The translations under genes were made by a program, and so were the position numbers. Shown here piece by piece: positions 1 through 8,900 of a DNA stretch of 64,000 nucleotides. Location: positions 1 to 64,000 of the IMG/VR virus record IMGVR_UViG_3300036944_001324; one strand, 5' to 3'. Every line of letters begins with the position of its first letter. Position 1 is the first letter of the stretch. The notes beneath the pieces were generated by a model, which had not been told where the DNA came from, did not search any database, and worked only from the letters and a program-made list of their open reading frames with translations.

Positions 1-7
1 AGCGAAC

Positions 8-1588
8 ATGCAGTCCGGTCGTGCTGGCGCCTGCACGTCTTACTACAACATCTTCGACGTCGAAGCATCGGCCATCGCCCAGCTGCAAGATCCACGGGCT
101 CCAGAAGACAAGCGCAACCGCAAGATCCACTTCGCGGTGAGCTATCATGGCCTCTTCATGAAGAAGGCCGCCTTGAACGAAAACGTCTTCACGTTCAGCT
201 GCAAGACAGCTCCGGATTTGTTCGACGCCTTCTACGGTAAGGACCGCGCTCTCTTTGAGAGCCTCTACAACCGTTACGAGCAAGATCCCACATTCAAGAA
301 GAACTACGTCAACGCCCGTGACTTGCTGGTGATGACTGAGCAGCAAGGGCCGAACATCGGCACCCACTACGACTTCTTCGCCGACAACGCGAACGCCCAC
401 ACTCCGTTCTTGGAACCTATCTACAGTTCCAACCTCTGCCTCGAGATCATGGAAGTGACACATCCTTACAAGGATAGCGATCAACTCCACAAGGCCGAGT
501 ACCACGGGATCATCAAGTTCCTGGACGGCAACGGCCAAGAACAGACGATCGCCCAGAACACGCTTTGCTGGTTCATCAAGGACGGTCAAGCAGACCTCAG
601 CACCGAGTTCCCAGCTGGTGAATTGGAAGAAGGCGCATACGTCAAGACCATCTTCGGCGAATACTTCGTCGAGAAAATCTTGGTGCGTGACCAACAGCCC
701 GAAGTAGCTCTGTGCTCCCTGGCTGGTATCGTTGAGCCGAACATCCGTGACGACGCTCACTACGAGCACGCCATGTACTACGCTCAACGCATGATCGACT
801 ACTGTATCCACAACAGCAGCTACCCGTTCGCCCACATTGCCTTCACGGCCAAGAAGCGTCTGAACGCCGGCATTGGTCTGCTGGGTGCCGCCACCACGAT
901 GGCGCGCAAGAAGCTGCACTACGATACCCAAGAAGGCCTGAACCAGATCCACCGCATGGCCGAACGACACATGTACTTTGCGATCCGTTCTTCCATCCGT
1001 CTGGGCAAGGAACGCGGCAACGCTCCATGGATTCACAAGACACTCTGGCCTAAGGGCTGGTTGCCTATCGACACGTACAAGCGTGAAGTCGACGAGATCT
1101 GTAACGAGCCCCTGCACTACGACTGGGAAGCGGAACGCCGCGCCCTGATCGAGAACAAGGGCATGCGTTTCTCCTGCTTGGTAGCCCACATGCCTACGGA
1201 GAGCTCCTCCAAGGCTGCCGGTGTTCCCAATTCGTGGTACCCAGTCCGTATGATCAGCATGGCCAAGAGCGATGCGTTCAACATCATCGACTGGACCGCT
1301 ACGGATTCGGATCTGCTCGGCTCTGACTACCAACTGGCCTTCACGATCAAACCGAAGGACATGATCAAGGTCTACGCCGTGATCCAGAAGTTCACGGACC
1401 AAGGTATCTCTGCAGATATCTACATGGACCGTTCACGCACTTTGGATATTTCAGCCACTGACTTGGTGGAACACGTTCTTCTGATGCAGCGTCTCGGCCT
1501 CAAGAGCCGTTACTACGTCAACTCCAAGACCGACGACGCAGAATCTGCAAAAGCAGAAGCTTGCGGTTCTGGAGGATGTACTCTCTAA
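8..1588 (+). CDS. nrdA: Ribonucleotide reductase class Ia alpha subunit, C-terminal part (frame open to window start)
   Basis: SNLCLEI (radical Cys and Asn/Glu), VALCSLAG, HMPTESSS, RYYVNS tyrosine pair, C-terminal CGSGGC redox pair. Confidence 0.95.
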   Translation: MQSGRAGACTSYYNIFDVEASAIAQLQDPRAPEDKRNRKIHFAVSYHGLFMKKAALNENVFTFSCKTAPDLFDAFYGKDRALFESLYNRYEQDPTFKKNYVNARDLLVMTEQQGPNIGTHYDFFADNANAHTPFLEPIYSSNLCLEIMEVTHPYKDSDQLHKAEYHGIIKFLDGNGQEQTIAQNTLCWFIKDGQADLSTEFPAGELEEGAYVKTIFGEYFVEKILVRDQQPEVALCSLAGIVEPNIRDDAHYEHAMYYAQRMIDYCIHNSSYPFAHIAFTAKKRLNAGIGLLGAATTMARKKLHYDTQEGLNQIHRMAERHMYFAIRSSIRLGKERGNAPWIHKTLWPKGWLPIDTYKREVDEICNEPLHYDWEAERRALIENKGMRFSCLVAHMPTESSSKAAGVPNSWYPVRMISMAKSDAFNIIDWTATDSDLLGSDYQLAFTIKPKDMIKVYAVIQKFTDQGISADIYMDRSRTLDISATDLVEHVLLMQRLGLKSRYYVNSKTDDAESAKAEACGSGGCTL

Positions 1589-1592
1589 CACA

Positions 1593-1630
1593 ACGTCATA
1601 AAGCTCCGGGCTCAATACCCGGAGCTCTGA
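1593..1630. terminator. Hairpin of the conserved-flank palindrome family
   Basis: ACGTCATAA-AGCTCCGGG-ctcaata-CCCGGAGCT directly after the nrdA stop. Confidence 0.65.
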
Positions 1631-1652
1631 ACAAAAAGATACCAAGTACATC

Positions 1653-2825
1653 ATGAACCAAATCATCACCCCCGTCAATGCAGCGGCCGCCATCATGGCT
1701 AACATGCAAACGCCGTACGAAACCAGCATTGACAAGAAAATCTTCAACTTCGAGAAGACGGACTACGCAGAACCTTCCTTGTTCTTCGGTCAGGCCAGCG
1801 GCCTCTTCGACACCATCAACCAACACTACCCACAGCTCAAGCGCCTGTACAGCCGCCTCAAGGTTCTGGACTGGGGTGAAACAGAATTCCCCTTCTCGCA
1901 GTGCAATCTGGAGTTCAAACGGATGAAGCCTGAAGTGGCGCGTCCGATGATCGTTCAGCTTGGCTGGCAGTGGGAGACTGACTCCATCGCGGCACGCACC
2001 ATCGCGCCGGTGATGTCCAACTTCCTGACCAACGACACAGCCTTCCGCATGTACCAACGTATTGGGGACAATGAAAGTACCCATGCGGCAACCTACGCCG
2101 AAATCGTGCGGTTCTCTTTTGATAACCCCACTGAAGTGATGGACAGCGTGCTCGGTATCAGCGAAAGCGCTCAGCGCCTGGAAACCGTCTCCAAGGTGTT
2201 TGCTGAAGCCTACAAGGCCGGTCTTGAACTCTCCTTGGGTATTCGCAAGCGTGATCAGGAGACGTTCAACATCTTCTTCATGTTCGTAGTCGCTTTGTTC
2301 ATGATGGAGCGCCTGCAATTCATGATCTCTTTTGGTATCACGTTCACCTACGCGCAGCACAGCCACTTCCTACCCATCGGCAAGGCCGTGCAAAAGATCT
2401 GCCAAGACGAGTATGAAATTCATGCTCTGGCAGGTGCTCACATGTACAACATCCTCATGGACACCGGAGAAGGCATCACTGCTAACTGGGCGTGCCGTGA
2501 TACCATTGTCAAGATGTTCAACGAAATCATGGCGGTGGAGCAAAAATGGCTCCCCTTCCTGCTCGCTGGCAACGAAGACCTCTTTGGCGTTACGCTGCGT
2601 GACTACCAGCAATGGGGTTACTTCTGCGCTGGTGATGTGGCTTCCGTCCTTGGCATCAAGACAGACTTCACAGTTCCAAAGACAGTGCCTATTGACTTCC
2701 TCAAGAACTGGATCAACATCTCGTCGATCCAAGCTTCTTTGCAGGAAGAAAAGAGCGCCGCTTACATGATCGGTGCAGTCATCCGTGACGACATCGGTAA
2801 AGTCTTCGACGTTACGGGCCTCTAA
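1653..2825 (+). CDS. nrdB: Ribonucleotide reductase class Ia beta subunit
   Basis: Di-iron/radical motifs ESTHAATY, MERLQF, DEYEIH; C-terminal Tyr in SAAYM; follows nrdA. Confidence 0.92.
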   Translation: MNQIITPVNAAAAIMANMQTPYETSIDKKIFNFEKTDYAEPSLFFGQASGLFDTINQHYPQLKRLYSRLKVLDWGETEFPFSQCNLEFKRMKPEVARPMIVQLGWQWETDSIAARTIAPVMSNFLTNDTAFRMYQRIGDNESTHAATYAEIVRFSFDNPTEVMDSVLGISESAQRLETVSKVFAEAYKAGLELSLGIRKRDQETFNIFFMFVVALFMMERLQFMISFGITFTYAQHSHFLPIGKAVQKICQDEYEIHALAGAHMYNILMDTGEGITANWACRDTIVKMFNEIMAVEQKWLPFLLAGNEDLFGVTLRDYQQWGYFCAGDVASVLGIKTDFTVPKTVPIDFLKNWINISSIQASLQEEKSAAYMIGAVIRDDIGKVFDVTGL

Positions 2826-2833
2826 GGCTTGTC

Positions 2834-3337
2834 ATGAAGATCGGACTGATCTTTGCCAAAGGCACCAACGAGGCCTTTGGCTACAAGAACGCGCTTCCTT
2901 GGGGACGTAACAAGGAAGACATGAAGCACTTCGCTGACATCACCAAAGGTCACGCAGTGCTCATGGGGCGCAACACTTGGGAGAGTCTGCCAGAGGCTTA
3001 CCGGCCTTTGCCAGACCGCACCAACATCATCATGACCCATAGTCAGATGTTACTGCCTAAGGGCAACTTTCACGTATCTTCTTTTGAAGAAGCTATGGCT
3101 GTCGCTAAGTTCAGTCATCGCGATGAGCTCTGGCTCATCGGTGGTGCCAGCCTGTTGCAGTCACTCCAACACCATGCAAGTATTGCCATTGTCACAGAAA
3201 TCGATACAGCATGTACGTTCGATGTACAGGCTCCGGTTCTGGATAAAAGCTGGCAATTAAAAGACACATGCCCAGCATCATTTGAAGGCATAGGTCAGTT
3301 CGGTACCACGTACCGTTTCCACACCTACTGTCGCTGA
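2834..3337 (+). CDS. folA: Dihydrofolate reductase
   Basis: LPWG..EDMKHF, VLMGRNTWESLP, RPLPDRTNI, IGGA. Confidence 0.95.
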   Translation: MKIGLIFAKGTNEAFGYKNALPWGRNKEDMKHFADITKGHAVLMGRNTWESLPEAYRPLPDRTNIIMTHSQMLLPKGNFHVSSFEEAMAVAKFSHRDELWLIGGASLLQSLQHHASIAIVTEIDTACTFDVQAPVLDKSWQLKDTCPASFEGIGQFGTTYRFHTYCR

Positions 3338-3370
3338 TACTCTGTCCGCTGCGCTTTGCCGCGCTTTTTA

Positions 3371-3413
3371 ACTACCTCGGTGCTTCGGCACTGGGGTAGT
3401 CTTTTTATGCTGT
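3371..3413 (+). terminator. Intrinsic terminator-like hairpin ending TTTTTATGCTGT
   Basis: ACTACCTCGGTGC-TTCG-GCACTGGGGTAGT plus conserved 3' flank. Confidence 0.75.
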
Positions 3414-3417
3414 AAAA

Positions 3418-4266
3418 ATGAACTACCAACCTTTTACACCCAAAACCCATCAAGAGCTCGCTCAATTGCTGGTGGACTCCAATAACCCCGCTGTCTGTAT
3501 CCAGCACTTTTCCAACGAGGGCTACGACCCCGATGAGATACAAAGCCAAATTACCAGCTTGATCAATCAGACGTCGTTGGTTGGTCGAACGCTGCGGGTA
3601 GGGGACGCAGCCATGCCGGTGAACAACCTGTGCCCGCAACCTACCGTGGAAAACGGTGTGTTTAAAACACCGCACGGTGCACGCATTCTTTTTGAGATGC
3701 AAGACCCCCACATCGTCCTGTACGATAACTTCATCACTCCGCTGGAATGCGATCAACTCATTGCGTTGTGCGCTGAACGCTTCAATCGTTCTTTGGTGGT
3801 CGGTGGTCCTGGTGAGACAGTGGCTGATACCCGGTCCTCACAGACAGCTCACCTTGCCATCGGGCAAGATCCGTACGTCAAGGCTTTGGAAGCCCGTATT
3901 GCCGAAACAGTTCACTGGCCTACTCTCAAAGCAGAGTCCTTGCAAATTATCAAGTATGAGCCAGGCCAGGAATACCAACCACACTACGACTTCTTCGAAT
4001 ACACCGAAGCAAGTCCTTATCTGGTCTCGCCTGGCTTTCAGCGAACAGCGACCATGATCTTGTACCTCCAGGAGCCTGAGGCAGGAGGAGCAACCAGTTT
4101 CCCTCGTCTTCGTCTGAAGGTACCTGCTCGCCGCGGACAGGCACTGTTCTTCAGTTACCCCACCCCAAATATCAACCACCAAACCCTGCACGGTGGTGAC
4201 CCAGTTATCGAAGGTGTGAAGATCATCGCAACAAAATGGTTCAAGACACTCCAGCACGGATGTTGA
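3418..4266 (+). CDS. 2OG-Fe(II) oxygenase, prolyl-4-hydroxylase-like (P4Hc)
   Basis: ECDQLI, RSS, LQIIKY.PGQEY.PHYDFF (HxD), QRTATMILYL, GGATSFP, TLHGG.PV.EG.KIIATKW. Confidence 0.9.
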   Translation: MNYQPFTPKTHQELAQLLVDSNNPAVCIQHFSNEGYDPDEIQSQITSLINQTSLVGRTLRVGDAAMPVNNLCPQPTVENGVFKTPHGARILFEMQDPHIVLYDNFITPLECDQLIALCAERFNRSLVVGGPGETVADTRSSQTAHLAIGQDPYVKALEARIAETVHWPTLKAESLQIIKYEPGQEYQPHYDFFEYTEASPYLVSPGFQRTATMILYLQEPEAGGATSFPRLRLKVPARRGQALFFSYPTPNINHQTLHGGDPVIEGVKIIATKWFKTLQHGC

Positions 4267-4328
4267 AATCTTTATGACGTCCTATATGGACAGCCTAATT
4301 TTCAACTTTCTTATGTGAGAGTCTCTCT

Positions 4329-5960
4329 ATGAAACAATCTGTGCTCTCGTCTCTGGGTCTGACTCATGTAGTCACCGAGAGCGAACAAGTCTTGGCTGCG
4401 CCCGTCAGCCAGATCCCCACTCCTATCGAAGTGACACCTGAGATCATCGAAGAAGTCGCTAAGGTGGCTCACGAAGCCAACCGCGGCATCAGTGAAGGCA
4501 CGCCTTTGTCGTGGGATGACAGTACCGACGAGATTCGCCAAAGCGCCATCGATGGCGTGCAAGCGATCGTCAACGATCCGACCATGACGCCTGAGAAGTC
4601 GCACAACAACTGGATGCGCTGGAAGGAGTCGAATGGCTGGGTCTTTGGTGAAGTCAAAGACGAAGAAGCCAAGACCCATCCCTGCATGGTTCCATACAAC
4701 GAACTGCCTGAAGACGAACGCGTCAAAGACCAAGTGTTCGTGGACACCGTCAAATCGGAGCTGATGAAGTACAAAGCTTCCGATGTCAGCGAAAACGACA
4801 TTCCTTCCCCGATCAACGAACAAGCAGTTCCATCGGAGAGCGATATCGATGAAACCACGATGGCGCTGGAAACACTCCTGGCGGCAGCTGACTTGCTGGA
4901 AAATACGCCTGACGAAGGCATGAACTCCACCAATGCCGAACTGGTGGAGACGATGCTTGCTACTGCTGTTGGTCCTCTGCAAGCCAGCTATGCGGTGCCT
5001 TCAGCCGAGTCGTACAAACACGGCAAGGTAGCGTCGCTCAAGAGCTTCGCCAAAGAAGGCATCATGGAACGCGCCACCGCCATCGTTGCCAAGCTGATGG
5101 AAATGGTCAAACGCATCGTTGCGTTCGTTACCGTCTGGGTGAAAGCTGCATTCAACGAACTCGAACGCGCCAAGGCTTATCTGCTGTACGTGCGTCGTCA
5201 GATCCAGAAATACCGCAACACCAACAAAACTGGTCCGGTTCTGACTACTGAGCGGATGCGTGGCATGACAGCTCCTTCCAACCAATCTGTCAAGGTTGGA
5301 TCTGACTTGGCGAGCAACGCCATCACGATGCTCGGTGAGATGTCCACGCGTTTCGTTACGCTGTCTCGTTTCGCTGGCTCCATGTTCAAAGAAACCGCGG
5401 ACAGCGTTACGGGTGAGTTCAAAGGTTCACACCTGATCAACAACATCTACACCGCTTTGGACAGCCTGGGAGGAACCCTTCACCAGTCCGGTACCAAGGC
5501 TTTCATTCTCTCGTCGAGTGGCTTGGGATGGCGTGAAGGAGGGTTGGTTGCGCAAGGTCAATCCGTACCAGTTGACGTTACGGATATCTACTTCCTGTCA
5601 GGTCAGATCGCGGGTTACCAAGCGCAGACCGAAATCACTGGCCTGTCGTTCTCCGACGCTGACCGTTTCCTGTCACAGTTCGGTCAGATCGTGTCCGTGA
5701 TTGAAACCCACCTGCGAACCATCTCGCAGTATGCTGCTTCTCTGTCCAAGGTCCAGACCATCTTGGAATCCGTGCAGCGCGCCGGTAGCTCGGAGCAACA
5801 TGGCGCCGCTCGCAACAAAGCCAAGTTGCGTGAAATCCGCATGACACTCAAGATGGGTCGCGCTTTGGCCAAAGCTGCGATGCACGTCAAGAGTACGACG
5901 ACTGACGCCATGATTGGCGCGGTTTCTCTGGTCAATCAGTCATCCAAGAACTGGTCGTAA
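4329..5960 (+). CDS. phiKZ-type internal head protein with N-terminal RyR-like domain
   Basis: HNNWMRWK..NGWVFGEVKD...KTHPCMVPYNELP..ERVKD; LLENT and SAE site followed by the WV..F amphipathic helix seen in the other head paralogs. Confidence 0.7.
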   Translation: MKQSVLSSLGLTHVVTESEQVLAAPVSQIPTPIEVTPEIIEEVAKVAHEANRGISEGTPLSWDDSTDEIRQSAIDGVQAIVNDPTMTPEKSHNNWMRWKESNGWVFGEVKDEEAKTHPCMVPYNELPEDERVKDQVFVDTVKSELMKYKASDVSENDIPSPINEQAVPSESDIDETTMALETLLAAADLLENTPDEGMNSTNAELVETMLATAVGPLQASYAVPSAESYKHGKVASLKSFAKEGIMERATAIVAKLMEMVKRIVAFVTVWVKAAFNELERAKAYLLYVRRQIQKYRNTNKTGPVLTTERMRGMTAPSNQSVKVGSDLASNAITMLGEMSTRFVTLSRFAGSMFKETADSVTGEFKGSHLINNIYTALDSLGGTLHQSGTKAFILSSSGLGWREGGLVAQGQSVPVDVTDIYFLSGQIAGYQAQTEITGLSFSDADRFLSQFGQIVSVIETHLRTISQYAASLSKVQTILESVQRAGSSEQHGAARNKAKLREIRMTLKMGRALAKAAMHVKSTTTDAMIGAVSLVNQSSKNWS

Positions 5961-5966
5961 TTCTCT

Positions 5967-6010
5967 GAACCAATCCCGTTCTCACGAGCGGGGTTCCTCT
6001 TTTTCTTTTT
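5967..6010 (+). terminator. Intrinsic terminator
   Basis: CCCGTTC-TCAC-GAGCGGG stem followed by a T-rich tract. Confidence 0.55.
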
Positions 6011-6024
6011 CGGATATTCTAATC

Positions 6025-7335
6025 ATGAGCATTTTTCGTAAACTGGGTCTGGAAAGCACAGTAATTCCTGAAGAAGGTTTGCCCGTTCAAACACCGACAC
6101 CTGAACAAACTCCGGAGCCAACTCAGGCACCTGCTCCCGCCCCAACAGTAACCGGCAATGTTGATGGTGGCGACAGCGGTGTCAACCTCGAGTCCGACGC
6201 TGAAAGCATGCAGCTCGAAGCTGAAGCCGAAACCATGGAAGGCGAAGGCAATGACATCGGTCTGGCAGGCGCTGACATCTCCAAAGCCCTGATCACGCTG
6301 GAGAACATCTCCACCATCTTGGCCAAAGCCCCGGATGAAGAGATCAACGAAACCACTGCAGCGATCGTTGACGCCGCCATCCAGGACATCAACAGCCGCT
6401 TCGACATCGAGAACGCCAAGGAAATCTCGATCGAGTTCTTCCAAGTGCAGGGCGCCAAACAGTACCGCCATAGCGCTAACGAGGCGATCAACGAACGCCT
6501 GGAACAACTCAAGAAAGCAGCCTACGCCGTGGTCGAGAAGATCATCGGTTGGATCAAGCAGTTCTGGAGCTGGCTGACCGCCACCCACAAGAGCACCAAG
6601 AAGAAGTTGGAAGCCGCCATCGCCGCTGCCAAGAACATCACTGTGGATGCCACCGTCACTTTGCCGAAGTACCAAGCAGACCGTCTGGCTTCTGGCGACC
6701 TGGTCGCTTCGACGGTGATCAACAACGGCCGCACGCTCGAAGCAGTGTGCCACAGCTCGACTTTGTTCATCAAGAACGCTTTCCCGAAAGTGATCGGCGC
6801 GCAAATCGCTTTTGTTCTGCGTGAAGAAGGTGTGCATCTGGCCAAGATGTGCTTTGGTAACTTCAAGTCGGCAGGTGACGCGTACGTTCTGTACAGCGGT
6901 ATCGCCGGCCGTCACGTGGAAGTGGACTTCAGTGGCGATGATCCACGCAGTGCCTTCAAGGTGAACGTCTCCAAGGTCTCTTCGGAACGCGGTAGCAACG
7001 AACTGACACTGAAGGAACATGACGTTGACGTGCTGTGTCAGCAGGCTACCCGCACGCTGCAAGCCAGCACGCTTGGCTACGACGAGTGCATGTCCATGAT
7101 TCGCAAGCTCGAAGCATGGCGTGGTTCGGTTGGCGCTGCTGTGGGTGGTCTCGTGTCTCAACGCATCGCTCTCTTGAATAACTACTCTGCAGCGGTGTCC
7201 ACCCTGAGCTCTGTAGGCTACACCGAAGCGCTGCGTTACGCCGATGCAGTGGTTGGCGTTTTGAACGCATACACGAAGGCAGCCAAGCCTGGTAACGATC
7301 TGACCCCCAACACCAACACCCCCCTTCTCAACTAA
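6025..7335 (+). CDS. phiKZ-type internal head protein paralog (start revised from 5914 to MSIFRKLGLES)
   Basis: GLE, NLE, SIE cleavage-type motifs; Pro/Thr-rich acidic N-terminus; IIGWIKQFWSW helix. Confidence 0.7.
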   Translation: MSIFRKLGLESTVIPEEGLPVQTPTPEQTPEPTQAPAPAPTVTGNVDGGDSGVNLESDAESMQLEAEAETMEGEGNDIGLAGADISKALITLENISTILAKAPDEEINETTAAIVDAAIQDINSRFDIENAKEISIEFFQVQGAKQYRHSANEAINERLEQLKKAAYAVVEKIIGWIKQFWSWLTATHKSTKKKLEAAIAAAKNITVDATVTLPKYQADRLASGDLVASTVINNGRTLEAVCHSSTLFIKNAFPKVIGAQIAFVLREEGVHLAKMCFGNFKSAGDAYVLYSGIAGRHVEVDFSGDDPRSAFKVNVSKVSSERGSNELTLKEHDVDVLCQQATRTLQASTLGYDECMSMIRKLEAWRGSVGAAVGGLVSQRIALLNNYSAAVSTLSSVGYTEALRYADAVVGVLNAYTKAAKPGNDLTPNTNTPLLN

Positions 7336-7345
7336 TCATTGAGCC

Positions 7346-7390
7346 GACGGCATAAGAAGGAAGCTTACGGGCTTCCTTCTTTTATGCTGC
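7346..7390. terminator. Conserved-flank palindrome
   Basis: GACGGCATAAGAAGGAAGC-ttacgg-GCTTCCTTCTTTTATGCTGC. Confidence 0.8.
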
Positions 7391-7466
7391 CTAGACAGTT
7401 TTTATTCATACCAAATCAATGGTGTGTTAACTATTTCTACCCATTCGAATACCGAAGGATTTTCTC

Positions 7467-8177
7467 ATGCTGATGTCTGATATCTGGATCAAGGAGCAGT
7501 GTCTCAATAAGGACCGTCCGATGATCACCCCTTTTTATCAAGAATCGATCTCTCACGTGGTCAACGATGTCACGCGCAATCCGCTCGGCGGTCTGATCGC
7601 CAACACCGTTAACACGACGAGCTACGGTCTGTCGTCCTACGGCTACGACTTGAGTCTTGGCAACAAATTCAAAATCTTGCGTTCTGTCAGTGACTTCTAT
7701 CGAGACGAAGTCACTGGTCGTCTGTACGATCGCGACCCCAACGTCATTTACAACGATGGCAAAGGCGCACAAGAAATTGAAATTGATCCCTGCAATTTCA
7801 ACCCACTTCTGTTCCGGGATGTAGAAGTCAAGGACGGCGAGAAGGTGGTCATTCCACCCCGTGGTTTTGCGCTCGGCGTGGTTGGGAACCATCTGGACCT
7901 GCCAGATGACATCATGGGTGTTTGCATGGAGAAATCTACCATTGCCCGTACCGCCATCGAAGTGACGGTCACTCCAGTGGAAGCAGGCTGGCGTGGTTAC
8001 CTCACTCTCGAGATCTGCAACAAGACCGACTACCCGGCAGTTCTGACCGCGGGCATGGGTATCACACAGCTGATGTTCTTCAAGGGTGACCAACCTTGCT
8101 CCGTTCCGTACCATGCGCGCAACGGTAAGTACCAAGATCAACCCGCAGAACCCGTGATTGCACGGATGAAGGATTGA
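7467..8177 (+). CDS. dcd: dCTP deaminase
   Basis: SYGLSSYGYDL, IPPRGFALG, KSTIARTAI.V.VTPVEAGWRGYLTLEI, GITQLMFF, KYQDQ. Confidence 0.93.
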   Translation: MLMSDIWIKEQCLNKDRPMITPFYQESISHVVNDVTRNPLGGLIANTVNTTSYGLSSYGYDLSLGNKFKILRSVSDFYRDEVTGRLYDRDPNVIYNDGKGAQEIEIDPCNFNPLLFRDVEVKDGEKVVIPPRGFALGVVGNHLDLPDDIMGVCMEKSTIARTAIEVTVTPVEAGWRGYLTLEICNKTDYPAVLTAGMGITQLMFFKGDQPCSVPYHARNGKYQDQPAEPVIARMKD

Positions 8178-8289
8178 AATGACACAAGACCTCGGGCGTG
8201 GGTGGTCGTCTGCAATCATTCCGTGTGATGAATTCGGACGCCCCTTCCCCAAACCCCACAGTCCATCTAACGATAAAGCAGGAACAACC

Positions 8290-8712
8290 ATGACCACCCC
8301 AGAAGCCAATGTGCAGCACAGTCCTTTCATCAATGGCGTACCCCCTGCCATCGTGGAAGTCGATCCCGTTCCGCCCGAGTGGTACGAAGAACAAGAACGC
8401 ATCTCGCAGCAAGAACGCGCGGCTGAACTGGCTAAAGTTCAAGCCCAGGTCACTGCGATGAATGAAGCCTGCCAAACCGCTGGCGTCAATCCGATCGCAG
8501 TAGCGTTCCGTGCCCTGGCCAACGCCATGCAGTCCGACCCAGGCTACGCCTGGTCGTGGCATTGCAACATCGCGATGCCTATCCATGACGAGGGTGTTAC
8601 CCCTCGCACTGCCAACCTGGCGGCTGCACGGATCATGCGCCATGTCTTCGAAGTGGACACCATGACACAAGTCCAATCCGATTTCGACGCCGCAAAGCCC
8701 AAAGAGGCCTAA
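8290..8712 (+). CDS. Hypothetical phage protein (alternative start 8179)
   Basis: ORF with phage-like codon usage; DPGYAWSWHCNIAM..HDEG segment. Confidence 0.6.
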   Translation: MTTPEANVQHSPFINGVPPAIVEVDPVPPEWYEEQERISQQERAAELAKVQAQVTAMNEACQTAGVNPIAVAFRALANAMQSDPGYAWSWHCNIAMPIHDEGVTPRTANLAAARIMRHVFEVDTMTQVQSDFDAAKPKEA

Positions 8713-8716
8713 CAAC

Positions 8717-8900
8717 ATGGCGCAGCAGACAGTACTCATCGGACACGAAAGCAACGTCATCTCCACACTGCTTCGGGAGATGCTTAAAGCCTGGATCGAG
8801 GAAGATACAGACATCCGCTACTGTTGTCTTGATACCAGTGCCTAACGGGTTCACTAACCTCGAAGCCCGCGCGTTTATACGTCGGATCACCAACACGTGA
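8717..8900 (+). pseudogene. Small ORF apparently split by a +1 frameshift near 8815
   Basis: Frame 1 MAQQTV...EEDTDI stops at 8845; the +1 frame ATVVLIPVPNGFTNLEARAFIRRITNT ends at TGA 8898-8900, overlapping the GTG start of the next gene. Confidence 0.35.

Noticed and set aside
437-715. Active intein in nrdA
   Set aside because: The insert is about 70 aa with no Cys/Ser N-terminal junction and no His-Asn/Cys C-terminal junction.
5914-6024. N-terminal extension of the head protein as given by the ORF track (similarly 13022-13099, 23309-23377, 25634-25714, 55427-55564, 62942-63046)
   Set aside because: These extensions run through terminators or intergenic motifs; the downstream ATGs fit gene spacing and family N-termini better.
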